Positions 26,081 to 32,000 of a stretch of DNA of 32,000 bases are shown here, in pieces. Under the pieces are notes generated by a model. That model did no database searches. It saw only the letters and a program-made list of their open reading frames with translations, and had not been told where the DNA came from. Each line of letters starts with the position of its first letter. Position 1 is the first letter of the stretch. Position numbers and translations under genes: made by a program. The stretch is from Acinetobacter wanghuae (GTDB taxonomy: Bacteria; Pseudomonadota; Gammaproteobacteria; Pseudomonadales; Moraxellaceae), in assembly GCF_009557235.1 (NCBI RefSeq), contig NZ_CP045650.1, forward strand, positions 2,670,001-2,702,000. The letters are read 5' to 3'.

Positions 26081-28276
26081 ATGACAATTATGAACCAAAA
26101 CACTAACACTGAAGACACTATTGACTTAAAAGAGTTATTTTTCTCATTAATTGCTCAGTGGAAATTAATCGCGCTGTGTGTGATTTTAAGTTTAATTTTT
26201 GCATTGCTTTACCTAAGAACAACGCCTGATACCTATAGTGTCAACGCACTTGTTCAGGTTGAAGAATCAAAAGGAACTTCCGCTGCCTTATTGGGTGATC
26301 TATCGAGTATGATCGATCAGAAACAACCTGCCCAAGCTGAAATTGAAATTTTAAAGTCACGCATGGTGTTAGGGAATGTCATTCAAAAGCTAAATTTAGA
26401 TATTCTTGTTTCTGGTACGCAAGATGGTTTGTTAGACCGTCTATTTACACCGCACGACTATAGTACAAAATATTCAAATCAATCTGTACACTTTAAAGAT
26501 GATTTAAAAGGTTTTGATATTCGAAGCTTGGATATCCCTGCACTGTATATGAATGAAGATTTAAAACTTCATTTTGATCAGCAAAAGTTTAACTTAATTG
26601 ATCCAAAAACAGATCAAATCCTATTTACTGGTTTACTTAACCAAGTCAATGAAAGCACAACACCTGCGGGACACTGGAAAGTTAAAATCTTTAGTAAAGA
26701 TCGCTTTGAAGATAGTTATATTGTACAAAAACAATCTCTCCCTGCCGCAGTAGACCGACTATTATCAGATTTTTCAGTCGCTGAAAAAGGGAAATTAACT
26801 GGAATTTTAGGTCTCAATCTACAAGGTGAAGATAAACAACATATTACCCAAGTTCTAAACGAGATATTAGGATCTTATAATCGTCAGAATGTAGAGCGAC
26901 GTTCTGCTGAAACGGCACAGACTCTAAAATTCTTAGACGAACAACTACCTGAGCTTAAAGCTAAACTTGATATTGCCGAACGAGAGTTCAATACATTCCG
27001 TCAAAAGTATAATACAGTGGATGTCACAAAAGAATCTGAGCTTTATTTGACGCAAAGTGTGGCTTTAGAGACTCAGAAAACAGCGCTTGAACAAAAAGTT
27101 GCTGAGGCATCAGCCAAATACACCAACGAACATCCTGTCATGCAACAAATGGATGCTCAGCTCTCTGCCATTAATAATAAAATTGCAGAGCTCAATAACA
27201 CATTAAAGCAACTTCCTGATTTACAGCGCCGTTATTTACAACTTTACCGTGAAGTTGAAGTACAACAGCAAATGTATACTTCCCTGCTTAATTCATATCA
27301 ACAACTACGTATTGCCAAAGCAGGTGAAATTGGTAATGTACGTATTGTGGATCAAGCTGTTGAGCCTATTGAGCCAATAGCACCAAAAAAATTGCAAATC
27401 TTAGTTCTCTCAATTTTCTTGGGTGGTTTCCTCGGTACTTTACTTGCCTTATTACGTAATATGATGCGTTCAGGTATTAAAGATGCATCTCAAATTGAAA
27501 ATGAGTTGGATGTACCTGTTTACGCAACTGTTCCTCGTTCGCCTATTCAAGAAAGTCGTATTAAGTTCTTAAAGAAGAAGAAAAATATTCCTATTCTTGC
27601 ACTTAAAGACAGTAATGATATTGCAATTGAGAGTTTACGTAGTGTTCGTACCACCATTCACTTCTCACTCGCTGAAGCAAAAAATAATATTATTGCCATT
27701 TCTGGCCCCGCACCTGAAGTGGGCAAATCATTTATTACGACAAATTTAGCCGTAATTTTAGCCCAAGGTGGTAAAAGAGTTTTAGTCATTGATGCAGATA
27801 TGCGTCGTGGTTACTTACATAAATACTTTGATCAAGTAACTTCACCGGGTTTGTCTGAGATGTTATTAGGCTCATCATCACTGAATGATGTAATTAAAGC
27901 ATCTACCCTTGATAATTTATTCTTTATGCCTCGTGGTAAAAGTCCAACAAATCCATCTGAATTGTTAGGATCACAGAAGTTTAAACAAACTTTAGAATTA
28001 CTCTCTGAACAATATGATCATATTTTAATTGATACACCACCAACTTTAGCTGTGACTGATGGTGTAATTATTGCACAGTATGCTGGCGTAAATTTACTTG
28101 TTGTTCGTCATGCGAAAACGCATATGAAAGAGTTAGAAATTACCATTAATCGCTTAGAGCAAGCGAATGTGAAGGTTAACGGTATTATTCTGAATGATGT
28201 GCAACGTAATAGTGGTAGCTATGGATATGGCTATAACTACAGTTATGCTTATAAAGCTCAAAAAGATCAGGACTAA
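26081..28276 (+). CDS. wzc: Polysaccharide co-polymerase / BY-kinase tyrosine autokinase
   Basis: 731 aa. Two membrane helices flank a coiled-coil periplasmic domain. Walker A GPAPEVGKSF, A' VLVIDADMRRG, Walker B ILIDTPP. C-terminal Tyr cluster SYGYGYNYSYAY. Confidence 0.93.
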   Translation: MTIMNQNTNTEDTIDLKELFFSLIAQWKLIALCVILSLIFALLYLRTTPDTYSVNALVQVEESKGTSAALLGDLSSMIDQKQPAQAEIEILKSRMVLGNVIQKLNLDILVSGTQDGLLDRLFTPHDYSTKYSNQSVHFKDDLKGFDIRSLDIPALYMNEDLKLHFDQQKFNLIDPKTDQILFTGLLNQVNESTTPAGHWKVKIFSKDRFEDSYIVQKQSLPAAVDRLLSDFSVAEKGKLTGILGLNLQGEDKQHITQVLNEILGSYNRQNVERRSAETAQTLKFLDEQLPELKAKLDIAEREFNTFRQKYNTVDVTKESELYLTQSVALETQKTALEQKVAEASAKYTNEHPVMQQMDAQLSAINNKIAELNNTLKQLPDLQRRYLQLYREVEVQQQMYTSLLNSYQQLRIAKAGEIGNVRIVDQAVEPIEPIAPKKLQILVLSIFLGGFLGTLLALLRNMMRSGIKDASQIENELDVPVYATVPRSPIQESRIKFLKKKKNIPILALKDSNDIAIESLRSVRTTIHFSLAEAKNNIIAISGPAPEVGKSFITTNLAVILAQGGKRVLVIDADMRRGYLHKYFDQVTSPGLSEMLLGSSSLNDVIKASTLDNLFFMPRGKSPTNPSELLGSQKFKQTLELLSEQYDHILIDTPPTLAVTDGVIIAQYAGVNLLVVRHAKTHMKELEITINRLEQANVKVNGIILNDVQRNSGSYGYGYNYSYAYKAQKDQD

Positions 28277-28280
28277 CCTC

Positions 28281-28310
28281 AAAGACCAGCAAATTTGCTG
28301 GTCTTTTTGA
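28281..28310 (+). terminator. Rho-independent terminator after wzc
   Basis: Perfect 26-nt palindrome AAAGACCAGCAAA/TTTGCTGGTCTTT (28281-28306) running into a T-tract, 5 nt after the wzc stop. Confidence 0.8.
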
Positions 28311-28429
28311 TTTAAATCCTACAAAAATTAAACTCGCCTCAATCGGATTTAAACGTTCTATTCAAGCTTTAGCTAAATTTTCTGCTAATATTAATTCAAC
28401 ATTAACGATAACATGATATTGGAAAAAAC

Positions 28430-29134
28430 ATGAGTAAGGCCTTACCCATCGCTGTCGCTGTCATCTTAGGTGGTGCCGCGCTAGTTCCTGTTTACTATGC
28501 AACTCAAAACCCCGCTGCACAAACGTCTAAAGCACCTCAGAATGCAACAGCCGTAGCTAAAATCAGTTATGCACTGGGTTATGAGGTCGCTCATCAAACA
28601 CCACCAGAGCTAGATATTAACAGTTTTATTACGGGTGTTCGTGATGGTCATGCACGTACTGAGCCTGCCTATGATGAAAAACAACTGCAAGAAGCATATG
28701 AACAATTCCAAAAAGATATGCAACAAAAGCAAGTAGATACCGCTAAGCAAACTCAGTCATCGAATGATACATTCTTAACAGAAAATGCGAAAAAAGCAGG
28801 TGTTAAAACCACAGCTTCAGGCTTACAGTATGTTGTGACACAAGAAGGGAAAGGGAAATCGCCAAAAGCGGATTCTGTGGTTAAAGTGCATTACAGCGGC
28901 AAGTTAGTCGATGGTACTGTTTTTGATAGCTCAATTGAGCGTGGTGAGCCAATTGAATTCCCACTGAATCAAGTGATTCCGGGTTGGACCGAAGGTCTGC
29001 AACTCATGAAAGAAGGCGGTAAAGCAACGTTCTATATCCCATCTCAATTGGGTTATGGCGAACAAGGTGTTCCAGGCACAATTCCTGCCAACAGCACGCT
29101 CATTTTTGATGTTGAACTGATTCAAGTGAAATAA
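28430..29134 (+). CDS. fkpA: FKBP-type peptidyl-prolyl cis-trans isomerase (Mip-like)
   Basis: 234 aa. Signal-like N-terminus and FKBP domain [16 protein letters not shown]...[28 protein letters not shown]...LIFDVELI. It flanks the K locus as in Acinetobacter. Confidence 0.88.
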   Translation: MSKALPIAVAVILGGAALVPVYYATQNPAAQTSKAPQNATAVAKISYALGYEVAHQTPPELDINSFITGVRDGHARTEPAYDEKQLQEAYEQFQKDMQQKQVDTAKQTQSSNDTFLTENAKKAGVKTTASGLQYVVTQEGKGKSPKADSVVKVHYSGKLVDGTVFDSSIERGEPIEFPLNQVIPGWTEGLQLMKEGGKATFYIPSQLGYGEQGVPGTIPANSTLIFDVELIQVK

Positions 29135-29143
29135 TAATGACAA

Positions 29144-29171
29144 GGGAGAGCGTAAGGCTCTCCTTTATTTT
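29144..29171 (+). terminator. Rho-independent terminator after fkpA
   Basis: GGAGAGC-GTAAG-GCTCTCC stem-loop (29145-29163) followed by TTTATTTT. Confidence 0.7.
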
Positions 29172-29176
29172 GAGAA

Positions 29177-29872
29177 ATGATAATGAAAATATATATTGGT
29201 GTGGCTGCGCTCATCTTGAGCTCACAGATGGTTTTGGCAAAAGATATCAATAAGAAAAGTTCACAAGCTGAACAAGTCGGCTACAGTTTTGGTTACCTCA
29301 TGGGTCGCAGTAATGCTGAATCTTTGCAAGGCATGGACTTAGACGCCTTTAGTGCTGGCTTAAAAAGTGCTACAGCCGGTCAAAAATCTGCTTTAAGCGA
29401 TGAAGAAATGGCCAGCATTTTGACTCAGTTTAAAAAACAGAATGAAGCCAAAGAACTCATCGCTTTAAAACAAAAAGCAGAAGAAAACGCCAAAATTGGT
29501 CAAGTCTTCTTATCTGAAAATGCAAAAAAATCAGGTATTCAAGTCACAAAATCTGGATTGCAATACCAAGTGATTCAAGAAGGCAAAGGTAAGTCTCCGA
29601 AGGCGAATAGTAATGTCCGTGTACATTATGAAGGTCGTTTAATTGATGGTACGGTATTTGATAGCTCAATTGCTCGTAATCAACCTGTCGATTTCCGTAC
29701 CAGTCAAGTCATTACCGGTTGGACTGAAGGCTTACAACTCATGAAAGAAGGTGCAAAATACCGCTTCTTTATTCCGGCGGCATTAGCTTATGGGCAAATT
29801 GGTTCAGGTGATGTGATTGAGCCGAATAGCACGTTAATTTTTGATGTCGAACTCATTGAAGTCATGAAATAA
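29177..29872 (+). CDS. fklB: FKBP-type peptidyl-prolyl cis-trans isomerase (second Mip-like paralog)
   Basis: 231 aa. Signal peptide MKIYIGVAALILSSQMVLA (start may be the ATG at 29183). FKBP domain [16 protein letters not shown]...[14 protein letters not shown]...LIFDVELI. Confidence 0.85.
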   Translation: MIMKIYIGVAALILSSQMVLAKDINKKSSQAEQVGYSFGYLMGRSNAESLQGMDLDAFSAGLKSATAGQKSALSDEEMASILTQFKKQNEAKELIALKQKAEENAKIGQVFLSENAKKSGIQVTKSGLQYQVIQEGKGKSPKANSNVRVHYEGRLIDGTVFDSSIARNQPVDFRTSQVITGWTEGLQLMKEGAKYRFFIPAALAYGQIGSGDVIEPNSTLIFDVELIEVMK

Positions 29873-29879
29873 ATCAAAA

Positions 29880-29908
29880 GGAGATGCCAAGTGCATCTCC
29901 TTTTTTTT
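29880..29908 (+). terminator. Rho-independent terminator after fklB
   Basis: GGAGATGC-CAAGT-GCATCTCC (29880-29900) followed by T8 (29901-29908). Confidence 0.85.
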
Positions 29909-30014
29909 GACGCTTAAGATTAAAATTATCTGCTGTTTTCATGTGACTTTTCATATCGAATGATTATTTTTATGCTTTAATCAGAAGTATAGACACAATA
30001 ATTAGGAGCTCAGC

Positions 30015-30749
30015 ATGGCCGCTATTCAGACTCGCGAAATTCAATATACCGCTCAAGATGGTCAAACACTCATTGGCTATTTTGCTGCACCCGCAGATAC
30101 CCAACCTGTTGCAGGTATCTTGGTTGCACCAGAATGGTGGGGACGTAACGAATATACTGAACAGCGTGCACGTGAACTTGCTGAGCATGGCTATGCTGCC
30201 CTTGCCATTGATATGTATGGTGATAAAAAAGTCACAACAGACTCACAACAAGCTTATGCATGGATGATGCAAACCTTTGAATCTAGCAATACCATTGTGA
30301 ATCGTGCGACTGCGGCACTCGATATTTTAAAATTACAAGCAGAAGTCGATGGCAATAAATTGGCTGCAATTGGTTTCTGTTATGGCGGTAAAGTGGTGTT
30401 AGATTTAGCACGTGCAAATGCTCCGCTTCAAGCCGTTGCCACTTTCCACGCCAATCTATCAACGGCAACCCCTGCTCAAGTCGGTCAAGTACAAGCTGAA
30501 ATTTTAGTCCTACATGGCGAGCTTGATAGCATGGTCAGCTTAGACGATGTTGCCAAATTCCGTGAAGAAATGCACGCTGCACAAGTTGCGCATGAAGTGA
30601 TTGTCTTTGAAGATGCCAAACATGGCTTTAGTAATCCTCTTGCCGACGAACGCGCCAAAGCCAATGGTGTTGACCTCGGCTATAACGCAGATGCAGAACA
30701 AAAAAGTTTAGCTGCCATGTATGAGCTTTTAGCTGAACGTCTCGCTTAA
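30015..30749 (+). CDS. Dienelactone hydrolase family protein
   Basis: 244 aa alpha/beta hydrolase. Nucleophile motif GFCYGG, an Asp in LHGELDS and a His in AKHGF. AGGAG ribosome-binding site. Confidence 0.8.
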   Translation: MAAIQTREIQYTAQDGQTLIGYFAAPADTQPVAGILVAPEWWGRNEYTEQRARELAEHGYAALAIDMYGDKKVTTDSQQAYAWMMQTFESSNTIVNRATAALDILKLQAEVDGNKLAAIGFCYGGKVVLDLARANAPLQAVATFHANLSTATPAQVGQVQAEILVLHGELDSMVSLDDVAKFREEMHAAQVAHEVIVFEDAKHGFSNPLADERAKANGVDLGYNADAEQKSLAAMYELLAERLA

Positions 30750-30818
30750 AGCGATTGAAAAATACAAATATACAGATGGGTTAACAGATATGAATAATAG
30801 TGAAAGAGGAAGATAAAA

Positions 30819-31178
30819 ATGACTGAACATAACTGTCTATATTGCGATTTTGATGAATATGACGTGATCGCAAAAAATGATTTTGGTGTCATTATTGCTG
30901 AACCGCATCCATTATCCAAAGGGCATAGTGTCATTGTCCCTTTACGTCATATCGCATCCTTTTTTGAGATTAGTGACAAAGAGCGAAAAGCCATGATGTC
31001 CCTGTTAGAACAAGCGCGTAATGAACTGCAATTGCGTCATCAACCTGCGGGCTTCCATGTCGGTTTTAATGATGGTGAGGTGTTTAAATCTAAATCTGAA
31101 CATCTCCATATTCATATTATTCCGCGCTATGAAAATCAAACCCTCAAACTTGATCAACGCTGGGGCATTGAAGATTAA
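30819..31178 (+). CDS. HIT (histidine triad) family protein
   Basis: 119 aa. HLHIHIIP histidine-triad motif near the C-terminus, an N-terminal CxxC, and GAGGAAG upstream. Confidence 0.85.
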   Translation: MTEHNCLYCDFDEYDVIAKNDFGVIIAEPHPLSKGHSVIVPLRHIASFFEISDKERKAMMSLLEQARNELQLRHQPAGFHVGFNDGEVFKSKSEHLHIHIIPRYENQTLKLDQRWGIED

Positions 31179-31197
31179 GCAGAGCTAACCCCATTAA

Positions 31198-31227
31198 AGA
31201 GTGAATGATTTGTATGTCATTCACTCT
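31198..31227 (+). terminator. Stem-loop after HIT gene (probable terminator)
   Basis: 11-bp perfect arms AGAGTGAATGA/TCATTCACTCT with an 8-nt loop, 20 nt after the stop. The downstream T-tract is weak. Confidence 0.5.
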
Positions 31228-31295
31228 GCTATTTACAATTCCCTACCCTCTGCTTTATCCACTTTTCACATTTCTCTCGCTTTGATTCCGCTATA

Positions 31296-32000
31296 ATGAT
31301 CGACTCATTTCACGGTCTTGTTGGCTCCATGTTTGTATTTTCAGATGCCCTTTTAGCTTGGTTCGATGTTCATGGTCGCCACGATTTACCATGGCAAGTT
31401 GCCGATGATCCTTATAAAGTTTGGGTCTCTGAAATCATGTTGCAACAAACCCAAGTCAAAACTGTACTGCAATATTTTGACCGTTTTATGCAGCGTTTTC
31501 CGACCGTACATGACTTAGGTACAGCATCTTGGGATGATGTCGCGCCTTATTGGGCAGGACTCGGTTATTACGCACGTGCACGCAACTTGCATAAAGCAGC
31601 AGGCATTGTGGCAGCACGAGGTCATTTCCCACAAACATTGGAAGAATGGATTGAATTGCCCGGAATTGGTCCATCGACAGCGGGTGCGCTGATGTCTCTA
31701 GGGCTACGAAAATACGGCGTCATTATGGATGGCAATGTGAAACGTGTGCTGTCTCGTTTCTTTGCCATTGAAGATGACCTAAGTAAACCTATGCATGAAC
31801 GTGCCATGTGGGAACTAGCAAAAAGCCTGTGTCCAAGCGAACGTAACCATGATTACACTCAAGCGATTATGGACTTGGGTGCCACGATTTGTACGCCCAA
31901 AAAACCATTATGCTTGTATTGTCCGATGCAAGCTGAATGTAAGGCCCATGCACAAGGCTTGGAAAATGAGCTCCCGTTTAAAAAAGCCAAAAAGCCTGTG
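31296..32000 (+). CDS. mutY: A/G-specific adenine DNA glycosylase, N-terminal part (runs off window)
   Basis: Not in the track because there is no stop in the window. My translation is MIDSFHGLVGSMFVFSDALLAWFDVHGRHDLPWQ...YKVWVSEIMLQQTQVKTV...LPGIGPSTAGALMSL...CTPKKPLCLYCPMQAECKA. This gives the HhH-GPD motif and the first part of the 4Fe-4S Cys cluster. The start could instead be the ATG at 31329. Confidence 0.88.
   Translation, partial: MIDSFHGLVGSMFVFSDALLAWFDVHGRHDLPWQVADDPYKVWVSEIMLQQTQVKTVLQYFDRFMQRFPTVHDLGTASWDDVAPYWAGLGYYARARNLHKAAGIVAARGHFPQTLEEWIELPGIGPSTAGALMSLGLRKYGVIMDGNVKRVLSRFFAIEDDLSKPMHERAMWELAKSLCPSERNHDYTQAIMDLGATICTPKKPLCLYCPMQAECKAHAQGLENELPFKKAKKPV

Noticed and set aside
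28307-28429. Short repeated GATTTAAA words (tgatttaaatcc and cggatttaaacg) upstream of fkpA, considered as a possible operator.
   Set aside because: Only two 8-nt AT-rich matches in an AT-rich spacer, which fits chance. No dyad symmetry or known binding-site pattern was recognised.
29970-30934. Small ORFs around the dienelactone hydrolase and HIT genes (29970-30188 minus, 30058-30267 plus, 30283-30468 minus, 30746-30934 minus) and inside mutY (31486-31674 and 31622-31807, both minus).
   Set aside because: They overlap the strongly supported DLH, HIT and mutY reading frames and lack coding features of their own.
1-32000. CRISPR arrays, tRNA/rRNA genes, and toxin-antitoxin or phage-defence gene pairs.
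   Set aside because: The window is almost fully occupied by the annotated CDSs. The remaining gaps are all 324 nt or shorter, and I saw no repeat-spacer periodicity or cloverleaf-like segments in them.

Overview
This window holds an Acinetobacter-type capsular polysaccharide (K) locus in reverse orientation. All calls rest on motif and synteny recognition by eye, with no database search. The export genes wza-wzb-wzc (+ strand, 24.5-28.3 kb) are followed by the FKBP genes fkpA and fklB. They diverge from gna, which heads an almost gapless minus-strand operon running from 24.2 kb down to 5.8 kb. galU and the 5' end of ugd, the conserved right arm of K loci, lie at the left edge. Beyond fklB are a dienelactone-hydrolase-family gene, a HIT-family gene and the 5' part of mutY. 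I recognised no rRNA, tRNA, CRISPR, transposase or integrase.

The main observation is that the variable part of the locus looks like two assembly modules fused together. Module A (11.7-24.2 kb, sampled lines about 45-48% GC) has gna+gne2, a Wzx, two hexapeptide acyltransferases, three GT4 glycosyltransferases, a PglC-type initiating transferase and a PglD/PglE/PglF-like di-N-acetylbacillosamine (QuiNAc4NAc) set. It has no Wzy. Module B (1.4-11.7 kb, sampled lines about 17-42% GC) has its own ExoY/WbaP-type initiating transferase, manC, four or five glycosyltransferases, the only Wzy, an extra short-form ugd and a second WzxC-like flippase. Part of module B (1.4-5.75 kb) is inverted relative to the rest of the locus. 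The composition break between the modules falls inside the 3' end of gdr. Two initiating transferases and two flippases behind one wza-wzb-wzc set is the feature most worth following up.
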